From Phyllosticta citribraziliensis (Eukaryota), in contig NW_027117342.1 in assembly GCF_038025025.1 (NCBI RefSeq), forward strand, positions 868,001 through 932,000: DNA of 64,000 nucleotides, read 5' to 3'. Below the pieces are notes generated by a model that had not been told where the DNA came from, did no database searches, and was given only the letters and a program-made list of their open reading frames with translations. Shown here in pieces: positions 13,995 through 27,079 of this stretch. Positions within the stretch are counted from its first letter, which is position 1. Each line of letters starts with the position of its first letter. The translations under genes were made by a program, and so were the position numbers.

Positions 13995-15429
13995 GCAACG
14001 AAACCTTTTGGAGACGTTCTTTTCATCCCTCTCTTTATCCTTTTTTCTTTTTCCTTCGAGCCGCGCAAGACGGACTCGATTGGTTTGCCAGCGCGGCGAC
14101 ATGGCGATCACGACGGAACCAAGTACAAAACAGGTGCGCGGATGATGTGGTTTCTTGAGACATAGACGATTGATGGGCGGGCTTTGCTTTCCTATTCTCT
14201 TGATTTCGAAGCAAAGCGAAATGCGAGCGGGGAATTCAAAATGTACAAATATGATGGTCTTGCGAATACATGGGGCGGATGGATGAGCAGATGAGAATGG
14301 GTTGATGAGGTTTCGAATGGACTGCGAATAGCGTTTGCGATGAGAAACGACTGGTGGACATCATGGACGTTGTCAATGAAAAGGTGGTGGTTTTGGGTGG
14401 AGGGGCGCGGGCATGTTTGGGGCGGATCAAGAGAAAAGACAGCGAGACAAAAGAGATATGATGGCAGTGCTTTTGTCCTGAGCTCTTTGACCAGGCGTGT
14501 ACATGCCGAGGTTCCAAATGCAATGGATTCGTTTCGTCCAGCTTCGCCGTCTCATGGCTCCGCGCCTCCTCATCTGCATTGACATGCGGCATCATCTCGT
14601 TGACAGTCTATTGGGGCATGTCAAGGCTTCCGAACGGTGGGGTCGATGCACAGAAGGAAGGAAAAGAGACGGTGCACGCGCTTCTAACGTCGGGTAGAAG
14701 CAAGGGCGTGAAGTGAGTGAAGGGTGAGACGAGACGGCTCGAGATCAACGAGACAAGGCCGGGCGGGCGCGATGGACGCGATGCGACGCGACGCGAGGGG
14801 AAAACGAAGTTATGTGGGCGCAGGTAAGATGCGGTGATAAGAAGGTATGCGGCGGTAGATACCTGTACATGTAGGGGCCGGCAAGGAAGGGGACACACAG
14901 GAGAGGGACGAGAGATGGACACGATCAACAATCATCAATTCCATTCGATTCCATTTGCCAAACGCGACTCTGCAACTCCTCCTCGTACTACGCACTCAAT
15001 CAAGCATGTGAAGAAGGGCCATTTTGTTGCGTTTGCAACTGGTATATTCTGTCTGATTACAAGTTGCTGGAACGGGAAAGGTGGATTGGGAGAAGGGAGA
15101 CAGAATGGCCTCTCTGGTTGACAGCTTTCCTTTTGGTGTCTGCTACCACAACAACGCCGTAAACGCCAGGCCAGCCAATGCATTGTGGAAAGAAAAAAAA
15201 GGGCCAAGGGACTACCGTCGATTTGTGGGGGGCCGACGTCTTTTGCGAGTACTTTCGTCTCCTCTCTTGATTCCACCGCTGGCCTTTCCCAACTTTTCTC
15301 CTCGAAGCTTGCGAACAGACGTGCTGGCTCCACTGGAGACAATTCCCGTGTGGCTGCTTGTGGTGCTGCGCATGCGAAAAAGACTTCTTTTTACATTGCT
15401 CTTTTCGTCTCGGAAGGTAACTCGAAAAG

Positions 15430-16415
15430 CTAGATGGAAATCTTGCCCGACTCGATCATCTGCTGCAGGCGGGCAACCTCGTCCAGGGTCTTTGCGTTCT
15501 TGAGCAGCTCCTTGATCTTTTCGCGCTCTTCGCCCGTGAGCTTCGTGAGGCCGGCGCTGTTGGACTTGTCGGTGCCGTTGCTCGTGTCAATGGTGGTGGA
15601 GCGCTTGCTCATGATCTGGGGAAAATCTTGGTCAGCGCTAAAAGGGTCGATAGGAAAATGATTGATGCGCACCTGCATCGCCAGCTCCGTGGGCTCCTCT
15701 TCCGTGCCGAACGACTCCACGGCTTTTGTTCTCTCGGCCTGCGTCACGCGCTGACAGTCGAGATAGTGGAGGTTCTTGCAGCGCCAGATTATCCAGAGGC
15801 GGTAGTGCTGCACATGATTTAGCTGGCGAAAATTGAGGGAACATTTTGTGGCCGCCTACCTCGTTGCTTGTAACCGGGTTCCCCATGAGGTGGACCGAAG
15901 TCAGCTTCTGCAGCTTGCCCAGCGGATCCAGATCCGCCAGCTCCTTAATTTTGTTATCCGTAGCCATCAAGTTCATCAAGCTTGGCAGCTGTTCGGCGAT
16001 GGTCGGCTGGATTTGCTGAAGACGGTTTTTGCCAATGAGGAGCGTACACACGCGGGGGAGCTTGGGAAAGTTGCCAAGGACGGTGATGCGGTTATCCACG
16101 AAGTCGATGCATTCGACATCCTAAAATTTGGAAAGAGTCTTGTCAGCTTCGAGGTTTCTTGATTGTTTGCGCTGCTCCAGTTCGGCGCAAAGAAGAAGCG
16201 GCACACCACTTACTTTCGAAATGGTTCCCATGTTTTCAATCACGGTGATCTGATGGCCTGTTCAAGGCAGAAATGATAGTATCAACACAGCTCCTTGCGA
16301 CTCAAGTGTAGCATCTGTTCTTCTCAGTGTACGCACCTCTCAGCAACAGTTCGCGCTCACCGAGCGGGTTGATGTAGGACAGGGCATTGCCGATGAGCTC
16401 GGCGGACAACCGCAT
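15430..16415 (-). CDS. lea1: U2 snRNP protein A' (LRR + LRRcap)
   Basis: MRLSAELIGNALSYINPL..ERELLLRG, IDFVDNRITVLGNFP, NPV...HYRLWIIWRCKNLHYLDCQRV, C-terminal AKTLDEVARLQQMIESGKI; four introns. Confidence 0.9.
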
Positions 16416-17620
16416 TTTGAGTGGAAGATTGACTCAGGTCAAGTCGGCGCGGCGAGAGGGTACTTGGGAGGAAATTGGTTGGATTGTCGCAACGTCGCGT
16501 GCTGGATGCTGGAGTTTGGTCGTGGCAGTCGCCGCGACAATCTGCCGCGAATGCCCTGATGGGGCGGTTTCCCAGGCGGTCAGAGCTTATGCCAAATCTT
16601 ACGTCATCACCCACTGGTACATCACGACCTCATTCTGCCTGTTGACATTGACAATTCTTGCTCTTTCATTATATATTGAGATGGGGACGATATTTGTCTT
16701 TCAGATAATGGCTGGACATGGCCCTGTACTGTGCCAGCCCCAACGTTTTAATACCAGTCATGCAAGAGCTGGTTTAGGAATTGATGGATTCCGGCCTCGG
16801 CAGTCGACGTCCATTCTCCCTCCATCTTCTTCCCTTCTCTTTGATTACCTCTTCCCCCGGCTTGTAACGCTGTGGACGGCTAGAGCTTACCAGCGACTTC
16901 CCGAATCTGGCCCTTGAACGACATCGAAATTTCGACGCAAGTGCCTCGGCCAACTTCGAAAATCCAAGCTCCCACATCGAAAGCTTTGAGCCAGCTCCAA
17001 CATTCATCGCTCAGCTGTACGTGCTTCGTTCTGCGTTGATTGATTTGAATTCGGTGCATGTGCTTCTAGACTGTGCAAGAGTGGCGATTTGGTCAAGGCT
17101 GCCAGTCAATCACGAAGCCGGGTTGGGGGAAATCTGGAGCACCCTGCAAGATGCTCATACGGGTGAGCCCAATGGCAGGAAACAGAGCAAAGGTCAAGCA
17201 GGCGTATAGCTTCACGGGTGCAGATGTCGAGCTCGGGCACACGCGTGGCGACTGGAGCTTGAGCATGTCACAGACAGCCATGAGCCACTGTCATGTTAGT
17301 GAAATGGGCCGCGAAGCATTATGAGGCGGCCTGGGCATCGTCAGCTCTAGTCCCGGCTCGAGGGCAGAAGTTGCCATCGCAAGGAGATATCGTCAAATGA
17401 CACCCAGCAAGAACCCGAGAGGCGTGTACACACGCGCAGGGACGGGCAACTGTGGTAAAGAAGTCAATGATTGTTCGAGCCTTGCTTTGCTAAAAAGGCC
17501 TACCATGATCCCATCATCAACAATGCGCACCGTCCCAAGTAGTTGTCGAGCAGTCGAGCAGCTCGAGTGAAACCCTTTCCCGGCCACCAACTCCAAAGCG
17601 CCAGTCTTTTGCTCCCGCGA

Positions 17621-18051
17621 TCAATGATTTCTGAAATTCTTTTTCTGGTAGAACAAGTCTGTTCTCGAACTTCCCAGGTTGATGATCTTGGGACAGCCGT
17701 CGCGGTCTTTCTCCAGGCGCGTGCACTCGAAGCAGTAGAAGGCGTCCGAAATGCCCTATCGACGTCTCATGTCAGTCTCCTGCCGGGGACATTGTATTCC
17801 TAGCCACTCACCTCGCCGCCGCAAACAACACATTTGTTTTGGTAGTTTCCAAAGGAGCATTCGTCGCAAATGCGCACCAAAGTAGTGGGACGAACGTAGC
17901 TGTCGCAGACCGGGCACTTGCCGTCGCATTTGTCGCAGAGGCGTCCGATGGCGATACCGGGCTGCTTTCGGCACATGACCAAGTCGCTGAGTAGCTGTTA
18001 GCATAGCTTCATCCCGGGGCGCGCGAAAACTTACGGGTGGTGGCGAGACAT
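17621..18051 (-). CDS. rds3: PHF5A/Rds3/Ini1 SF3b splicing factor
   Basis: [39 protein letters not shown]...[28 protein letters not shown]; two introns. Confidence 0.96.
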
Positions 18052-18384
18052 GTTGGACGAGGTTGTGCAGCTTCCGCAAGCGAGATGATTGAGCGTGTAG
18101 GATTAGTTGTAGCGTAAGTCAACTCTTCAGCGGCAAGTCTTGGAGGTAGGAGAGGCAATGGATTGTTAAGCGGTGGTTCACGACGGAGCTCCCGTTCGAA
18201 GGCACCGCCGCGGAATTCGATGAAGTGATAAGATAAGATGCGGCAGCTTAGGCCGCGCCTCGGCCCGGCGCCACACGCCTCTGGATCATGTCGCGTTGCC
18301 GACGCCGCAAGATGCACTTCGTTTCCCCAGTTGCGCCTGACACCTCTGCCATTGCTATTCCTCCTTTCGCTTGCTGATTTCAAC

Positions 18385-19475
18385 ATGTCGGAGGAAGAAC
18401 CGTGAGTACCGCACATTGGAACCACATGTCCCCGCTGACTCGGCTTGCTCAGAGTCCTCGCCTCGGCCGTCTTCGTACCTGACAATTCCCCGCCTGCCAC
18501 CTCTCCGCCTCGCGACGCTCCCTCTCACAAACGAAGACAGTCGTCACTTTCCGATATCGGTAGCAAGCGTCCTCGTCTCAGCTTAGACCGCACCAACGAT
18601 GAGTCCCAAGATGGCCCTCCGGCAGAAAACACGACCGACCGCGCCGCTGATGGTCGTGTCGACCGCCGCAGGAACGGCAACGTGGAAGAGCGCAAGCGCG
18701 GACAACGGTTGTTTGGAGCGCTACTAGGCACACTTTCTCAGAGTTCTTCATCGGCGGCGCAAAGGCGACGAGCGGATATTGAAAAGAAACAACAGGAGAA
18801 GCTGAAGCTTCAAGCCGAAGAGTTCGACCAGCAGAAGAAGCAGAAACTGGAAGATCTGCTGGTGGTGAGGCGCAGAGAGCAAAAAAAGTTTGACGAGCAG
18901 TCGGTATGGTGGCCCCGGGGAATGAAGACTGGACGATTACTAAGTGCTCAGCAGATGCGCATCCGGCACTCCAACATGCTCGCCATGTCTCACTTTCTTC
19001 AGACGGAGACTGATCCCAAGCTTGTACGAATGTGCCCTTTTACGTGGCTAGAATCCCTTGCTAATTAAGATGGCAGTATTACAAGCCTTGGGAATTGAAG
19101 GCCGAGGAAGAAGAGACCATAAAAAGACAAATCGAAGAGGCCGAAGCAACTGTCGACAGGGAACTCGAGGAGTTTGAACAGCACAAAGAAGCTGAGAGGC
19201 AGCAGGATGAAGAAACGAACGGCACGACAGCTCAGGACGAGGTTACCCAGCCGGCAGACACGGTGAAGTCAGAGACTGGTAATGACGAACGCCCCAAGTC
19301 GTCGGATCAAGAAGCAAGTGAGACTACTAGACTTGAGCAGGTAACCTCGGAGACGCAGCCAGAAGCCCAGCAGGACGACAACATGAGCAAAGAAAACGAT
19401 GACAAGAATGACGAACACGCGCACGACAATGGTGAAGAAGTGCTGGAAGCGGAGGAAGACACTGTAATCTACTAA
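18385..19475 (+). CDS. Pinin/SDK/memA-domain protein
   Basis: EERKRGQRLFGALLGTLSQ, RRADIEKKQQEKL, HFLQTETDPKL/YYKPWEL, acidic tail ending EDTVIY; three introns. Confidence 0.85.
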
Positions 19476-20267
19476 CGCCTTTTTTGGCCTGGGACCCAAC
19501 TGGTTCCTTTTGGCTTGTCTGTTACTAACGTCTTCGTCTTTTGAGGATTTATTTGGGCACAGCATGATACCATAGCGATAACAGTCCTGTCGATTCAGGA
19601 GTTGGTCGGTTCAAAAAACGGCGACGCTGTATACTAGCGCACGATGATCATATTCGAATGGACCAAAGCAAAAGGTTCTTATTCAGGAGAGACCAACGGG
19701 CCGTGGTGAGTGGCATTTCCAAGAGTGCCATAGACGGAGCGCTTGACCGAGAACCATGCGGCGCAACATCATCGTCGGCTTGTCAATCAAAGTAGCGCGC
19801 GCAAGCCTCTAGTCCATGACTCTCGATTTCCTAAACAGATCATCCAAGACTATTGCATCACTGTCTTCATGTGGCATTTGACCCGGCGTGGCTTGGCATG
19901 AGGGGTCAGATGTTGTCCTACCCGTTCGTGGAGTAGTTCAAGAAGCGTTCGCGAACAAGGTCAGCCTGCAGCGTCAAAAGCATCCAAGGATTACTCACTG
20001 CTGTATGTGGCATGAAATTGGCGAATGGTGGCATGAGGTGGTTACTCGGCAGGCTGAACGACCGGCGAGGAGCCCCGTTCAGGGAACCTCGGCCTAACTG
20101 ATAGGGCTCCTGGTGCTCCACAAGTTTCGCCCGTAAAACGACGGCACAGACCAGACGGATCAGTATATTAACGACGACACTGTCCCTGACCTCCACGGTT
20201 CTGAAGGCGGTATTGAAGTGCTTTGCGAATTTGTTCAGTTGGGAGCTTCCGACACTTGATCATCACC

Positions 20268-21581
20268 ATGGCGTCAGTTACGCCGATCGACCCCATCTCA
20301 GACCCACGTGTCGAGCACAAGACGGCCGTCCTTAATGGTCACACGTACCGTATGTCTGCGAAAAGAATTCAAATCAAGGCATTGAAGAGCTGACTGCTTT
20401 GCTAGATTACATTCTCGGTGTGCCAAAGAGTGGCCAGTTTAAGGCCACCATCGTTCTTGTAGGGCAGCAATGACAGACTGCGACCATTTTAGGAAACTCT
20501 ACTTACCCATCGTCTACTCGACTTTCAGGTTCATGGATGGCCCGATCTCTCATTCGGTTGGCGGTACCAGATTCCTGCTCTCATCGAGATGGGCTACCGC
20601 GTCGTAGCCTTGGACATGATGGGATATGGCGGCACAGTAAGTCCTTCCAACAAAACGCAAATTCCAAAGAGACCAGTCCTAGTAGTCTCCATTTGAAGAC
20701 GTCAATATCTGACTGTCCCAGGACGCCCCGAGAGTCCCCCCCGAATCCATCAAGTTGTACGGCTTCAAGCGCGCGTCCGACGACATTGCGGAGCTAGCCC
20801 GCCAACTCAACGCGCCCAGGATCGTTCTGGGCGGCCACGACTGGGGTGGAGCTGTCGTCTACCGCGTTGCGCTGTGGTACCCGTCGCTCATCTCGCACGT
20901 CTTCGCCATCAGCACGCCTTACGCGCCGCCCACCAAGACGTACCTCTCGCTGGAGGACGCCGTCGCCGGCCCGATCCCGCAGTTCAGGTACCAGCTGCAG
21001 CTGGCAGCGGGCGACGCCGAGGTCCTCACGACCAAGGAGGAACTGCGCAACTTTATGAAGTTTGTCAGCGGTGGTCGCGGTCCGAACGGCGAAATTGGCT
21101 TCCATCCGCTCAAGGGTGTCATTTTGGAAAATCTGCCCAAGCTGGAGAAGGGCCCGTTTATGACTGAAAAGGTGCGTTCTTGATCCTTGGTCACTGGACG
21201 CATGAAATTTGCCAGAAAGATGGGAGCGAGCGAGCGATTGTCTGACTCTCACAGGAACTCGACTTCTACGCCGAGCAATACTCGCGTAACGGCCTGCACG
21301 GCCCGCTCAACTGGTACCGCACGCGGCAGGCCAACTTCGAGGACGAGCTCGAGCTGCGCAACGGGCCCAACATTGACTGCCCCGTCCTCTTCATCGCCAC
21401 GGCCAGGGACGCCGTTCTCAAGCCCGAAATGTCGCTCGGCATGGAAAAGGTCATCCCCAACCTGACCAGGACGAGTGTGGATACGAACCACTTTGGCCAG
21501 TGGGAGAAGCCGGACGAGATTAACGCCATCTTGAAGGACTGGAGTGAGAAGGTTGTGTTTGGTGGCAAGAGCTCGCTCTGA
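20268..21581 (+). CDS. Alpha/beta-hydrolase, soluble epoxide hydrolase type
   Basis: HGWP oxyanion motif, DMMGYG, nucleophile GHDWGG, YQL and NWYR tyrosines, C-terminal His (TNHFGQWE); four introns; ends -KSSL. Confidence 0.88.
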
Positions 21582-22058
21582 GCGCTTTTTCTTGGAGTGG
21601 TTTAGCATTTGAAAGGTTGGGTGCATGCGTGGGGACCTGGCTGCATGGAAATGGTGGATGGCAGCATTCGCATATCAGGGTGTTCTCTGTTGCTTTTGGT
21701 TTTATTGAGTAGTCGCTCACAAAAATTCAGTCAGTGAAAGTTCGAAGAAGATTCAACGACCGGGTATGCTTCCAGTGCCAATAATCACCGCTTCAGCTGT
21801 ATTTGCGTCGTCTCGCACAGCAGTCCCTGGAGTTCAATATATCGCACTGAAGGATAGCATCGATCTTCTTCGCCTGACTCCCGCCCCAGCAGTACGAATC
21901 CTATTCCTCTTGCACCGCGGCATATTTTGGGACCACGAAGGGGACAGCGGTTAAAAAAGAGGATGTTAAAGCTTCCATTCACACGCCAGAAATTTTCTCT
22001 GAATGCAAAAAGCGTCTGAAAAGACCCACCTGAGTTACCATTTTTGGCAATTGCGTTC

Positions 22059-22941
22059 AACTTTGAACGTCTATTGAAGAGCGGACGCTTGAATGCTCCC
22101 AGCCGGAACGTCCACCACCCGCGCTAGACATCTAACTTTGAATGTCTACTGAAGAACAAACGGTCGAATGCTCCTAGCAGGAACGCACTATCACCTGAGC
22201 TACCCTTTTGAGACATGCCATTTAACATCGAACGTCTATTGAATAGCCAACGCTCGAATGCTCCCAGCCTGGACTGTCAAAATCAGCGGCTCCCATTGTT
22301 GCCTAAAGCGGCAAGTTGATGTGCCGTGCCTGCTTGGTCCGAGCACTATTTCCAGGCTCAAATCCTCAAGCAGATACAAATCTTTTTCCTCCGTGCGACA
22401 GACTGTTTTTCCGGTGAAGTAGGCGTAGTGGGACTCCACTGCAGAACCTGCAGGAAAATGGTCTTCACTTGTGTACACCATGGCGCAATAGCGCAGCTTT
22501 GTCGTGAGGTCGATCTGTGGCCGCTGGCAAGCGGCAAGAGGGTAGCAAGCAAAAACGTTGCCCAGCAGACATGTATCTGCTGCGATCACTACAAGGCTGG
22601 TTGAGGCGTGGTCCTGCCACTTTCGATTGAGGCTGGCTGGCGCTTAGGTGACTGTCGTGGCTTTGCATGTGTCAACGCATCAGTCTAGGGCATTGATAGG
22701 TTGTTGTGCTGGCCTAACAGAGTTGAGCGGCCTTAGAACAGCTCAATTCTTTAGTGGGTTACGGTTTGAAGTGGAGGACGCGTGATGGATTGTATGAGAC
22801 AAGATGTCGAGGGGGGTTGCACGGTCGCTGGCACAGCTTTTTGCGCGGACGCGCTGATAGACGTTCGATGTTGGAAAGATGGGTGGGCATTGCCGCTCTG
22901 AGGCGCATTCGTGAACGTAATTGCTCCAGACGTGCGATGTT
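22059..22941. repeat. Degenerate repeat family: three direct copies (22059, 22134, 22224) and two inverted copies (ending 22872, 22941)
   Basis: Core AACwTyGAAyGTCTAyTGAA..GAATGCTCCyAGC; 22224-22239 is the exact reverse complement of 22857-22872 (16 bp). Confidence 0.8.
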
Positions 22942-23835
22942 GGAAGAAAGGGGTGTTACTGCTATGGGTCCCGTGATGAGCATTTCTATAAATACAGGCT
23001 TTGCTGCAGTTGGCCTCTCAAATATTAGAAAGTAAGGCTGAAGCTTCACTTACGCGCACAACCATGATTCTTACCTTGGACATTAATCTCATCCAGGAAT
23101 CTCCATCAATTATCAGATGCTGACAAGTAGATCTTCACTACCTGTAGTTTATACAATGCACTGGCGATCCTTAGAGTCTCGGATGCCCCGAAGCGTCCAA
23201 CTTGCTCATGCAACGTTATCAGGAGTCGGTGACTGTTGTGAATGAATCAGCTCCATATTTGATAATCCCCACTTAGCTTGCAGGATAACAAAACTGCGAT
23301 TTTCCGGGGCCAACGTTTCACGGGATCTTTTGACTTTGTTAAAAGGTTGGTGTAGGCGCCTTTCCGCGAGCCAAAAATTCGGAATCGGTGCTTGGGAATC
23401 TCTGGTCAAGACTGTTCTAAGGCAATAAAGTGGGTCATAATATGCCATGTGGTGTGTATGAGCCTTGCATGCAGCGATGCAAGCCCCCAAATGTAGCCTC
23501 TTGGAAGCGATTGAAACCGAGGCCAATCGTATCAGGTCAGAATGGCACTCATGTCCTGTGCCGAGTTCAATTGGGGGAGCATCTACGCGAGACTTGATCA
23601 GTGAGGCGAACGAACTGCGAGATAATCTGATCAGAGCAGGGCGCTCCATTGATAAGATGCGATATCTTCCTGCATATCCGGTGAGCTCTCCGGGAGCAAG
23701 ATCAAATAATTGAACGTATCCTGCCGCGAATCAGCAGTCAAGCGAACCGGGCAGGGCCAAGGGCACCAACGGTCGAGTGTGACGAATGTGCAGAATCTGG
23801 AACAGCGCCTCGATTTGAAGATGGCTGGGGTCTAG

Positions 23836-23843
23836 TATAAATA
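23836..23843 (+). promoter_or_regulatory. TATA box of the polyol dehydrogenase gene
   Basis: TATAAATA ~55 nt upstream of ATG 23895. Confidence 0.6.
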
Positions 23844-23894
23844 CCCTTGGAAGCTTCGGAGGGAGTCTGGAGGAAAGCTTTTTGAAAGATAGCC

Positions 23895-25239
23895 ATGGCA
23901 CCTTCAGCACTTGTGGACCAGCCCCAGCAGCAGGGCAAAGCTGACGGCAGTTCCGGGACCAGTCGAGCTTCTGTATTGCATGGAACACGCGACCTGCGTA
24001 TCGTATGTCTTCTTTGCTGTCCGCAGTGTCGGTACTTCCAATTCGCCAATGGCTGACCACAAATTTCAGGAAATCAGAAACATCGCGGCCCCGCTCGCCG
24101 GGGAGTTGCAGATTGCGATCAAGGCCACGGGGATATGCGGCTCGGACTTGAGCTACTATACCAAGTTTCGCAATGGCGATGTTCACGTTCTTTCCCCGCT
24201 CTCTCTTGGTCACGAATCGGTCGGAATCGTCGTTGGCATTGGGCAAGAGGTCGAGGGTTTCAGACTTGGCGACTATGTGGCCATTGAGGTCGGTGTGCCC
24301 TGTGGCTTTTGCAGGAGCTGCCAGCGAGGGCGGTACAATCTTTGTCCCAAGATGCGCTTCAGAAGCAGTGCAAAGACTGTGCCGCATTTCCAAGGCACGT
24401 TGCAAGAGAGAATAAATCATCCTGCAAAGTGGTGCCATAGGTACAAGCTGTTGTCAGTCAAGGTACTTGGGACTAACGTTTTTACAGAGTTCCGGACCAC
24501 GTCTCCATCGAATCAGTGGCTTTGCTAGAGCCTTTGGCTGTAGCAATCCACGCAACCAGGAGGGCCGCGGTAGAGCAGGGCGACACGGCCATCGTTCTCG
24601 GCGCTGGTACTGTCGGTCTGCTCACCGCTGCGATGGCTAAACTTTCTGGTGCCACGACCGTTCTCATTGCAGACATCAATGTTGGTCGGGTAAAATTTGC
24701 GCTCGACCACGGTTTTGCCACAAGAGGCTATGTTGTGACTGACAGCTCCCATTCTGCCAAAGATGACCAGCAAAATGCCGGTGCTAGACAGCTTGCTAAT
24801 GATGTCGTGGCAATCGCTTGTGCCGACGAGCTAAATGCCGAAGGTGCTGAGGTGACTTTTGAGTGCACGGGAAAGGAGGTTTGCATGCAGGCCGGGCTCT
24901 ATGTAAGTCGAAGGGCTTTGTAACCGTGCATGTCTGACATTTCCACAGGCTACAAGACCTGGAGGAAGACTGATCATGGTGGGTATGGGAACGCCTGTTC
25001 AAACGCTGCAAATGTCGGCAGCGCATTGGAAAGAGGTCGATATTCTTGGTGTCTTTCGATATGCCAACGCTTATCCAATCGGCTTGAAGATCATCGCCGC
25101 TGGGGTTTTGCCGAATCTAGATGCAATAATAACGCATCGTTTTCAAGGACTAGAAGCGGCAAGCGAAGCATTCGAGCTCGCGGCGAGAGGAGTGGACGAT
25201 AAGGGAAATCTCGTCTTGAAGGTTCTCATTGAAAATTGA
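23895..25239 (+). CDS. Zn-dependent sorbitol/xylitol dehydrogenase (MDR family)
   Basis: ICGSD, LGHE, structural Zn CGFCRSCQRGRYNLC, LLEPLAVAIHA, Rossmann GAGTVG, FECTG, GVFRYAN; three introns. Confidence 0.92.
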
Positions 25240-25575
25240 GACTGAAATAGAGGGGACGAGTGACTGAAGCCGGTGTGTTCGATTCAACAATGAGATGAAG
25301 CTTGGTGATTGAATAAATGAAGGAAGTCATCGGATGCTGTGGTGTTGGAGGAGGGAGAGGACAGCCGCGGAGGGAGCGGCGATGACGCTCGCTTCCGCGG
25401 TGGTAAGTGGTCCGTGCTCACCGCGCCTGTACGGTAGCTCGACGCTGCTCTGCTTGACAACTCCCACTCCACGCTCCTCCTTCAATCCTCTCGCCGGCTC
25501 AGCGCAGCCATCTTCCTTCGTCTCACGGTCCATTCCAATCCCATCTCTGCGGTGGGTCCGATCAGACTGTCCAAC

Positions 25576-27079
25576 ATGACCGAAGGCTCGGAAAACCCGC
25601 TCATATCAACCACGAGAGCTTCCGACACCAGCCCGCATGTCCAACTGCACCCTCTGGTCCTCCTCACCGTCTCAGACTACATCACACGCCATACCCTTCG
25701 TCAACAAAGCGGTCCAGTGGTGGGAGCTATAATAGGCCAGCAAAATGGCCGCGAGATCACAATGGAGGTCGCGTTTGAGTGCAAGCTGATTCCTGGCGAG
25801 GATGGCGAGGCCAGAATAGATCACGACTGGTTCTGCACGCGCCTGGAGCAATGTGAGCTTTTCATGCTGGTGGCATATGTCACAAATCTTGCTAACAAGC
25901 GCCACAGACAAGACAGTGTACAAATCCCCTGCCTTGGACCTCGTCGCCTGGTTTACCCTGGGGGCACACACTGGACCTGCGCCGCACCACCTGCCCATCC
26001 ACGAATACATCCAGAACGTCCACAATGAAACGTCGCTTCTCCTCCTCTTCAACCCAGAATCCGTGCTAGAAGGCAATGCGACTGGTGGCAGATTGCCTCT
26101 TGGCGTGTACGAAAGTCTGTGGGAAGGCAGCAGCGGTAGCAATGACAAGGGGGCGGCAATGGACATTGATGGCGCAACACCGGGCCAGGGGAAGCAGCTG
26201 AAGTTCAGAGAGCTGACGTATGCCGTGGAAACTGGAGAGGCAGAGATGATTGCGGTTGACTTTGTGGCCAAAGGCGGCGGCAACGCCACGGAGATTCCCA
26301 AAGCTACGGCAACAGCAGGTCCCAGTGACGCAGGCAAAGGCAAGGGAAAGAAGAAGGCGGAAAACGTGAATGGTGCCATCAACGAGGACTCGGTCCCTCT
26401 CTCCTCGGAAGATGAAGAGCGTACGTCTTAGATTGAGCCCATACTGAGCATCTGCTAACGAAACGCAGTCCTTTCTAGCCTCACCGCAAAAACGAACGCC
26501 ATCCGCATGCTACGCACACGCGTCTCCCTTCTTCAAACCTACCTCGAATCGCTGCCTCCGAGCTACCTCACCGATGCGTCCATTTCCATGACCACCTCCC
26601 CCTCGGAACAACCGAACCACGAAATATTTCGCTCCATCAACTCCCTCGTCTCCCGCCTCCCGCTCCTTGAACCATCGGATCGTGAGACATTCGCCCGCGA
26701 AGCTGCCGAACAACGTTCTGATGTGGCGCTGACATCGCTCCTTGCTGGAATTACCGCCTCGCTGGCAGACGCCAGCCAGTTGGGCAAAAAGAGCGCCATT
26801 GTCGAAAATGCACGCCAGGCAAAGCTTATGAGCAGTGGTGGGGGACCACCTGGCCTGATTCGCGGCCCTGGCGGATTCGGCCGTGGCAGCGGAGCTTTTG
26901 AAGCAGAGAGTCTGATGGGTATGGGTGGCAACGGCGGAATGGGAGGCTCTGTCAGCGGTGGCTTTCCTGGCATGATGGGTTCGGGATCAGGTGGAGGCAG
27001 GAGTTTCGGAGGCCCTTTCATGAGTCCAGGAGACGGCAGGAGCGGCGTCATGAGCATGATGGGCCGAAGGGGTGGCTGA
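25576..27079 (+). CDS. csn6: COP9 signalosome subunit 6 (MPN- domain)
   Basis: VQLHPLVLLTVSDYITRH, VVGAIIGQQNGREITMEVAFE, LDLVAWFT, YAVETGEAEMIAVDFVAKG, NAIRML; two introns. Confidence 0.9.

Noticed and set aside
22059..22270. Repeat-spacer look suggesting a CRISPR array
   Set aside because: Eukaryotic context, degenerate repeats, unequal spacing, no cas genes
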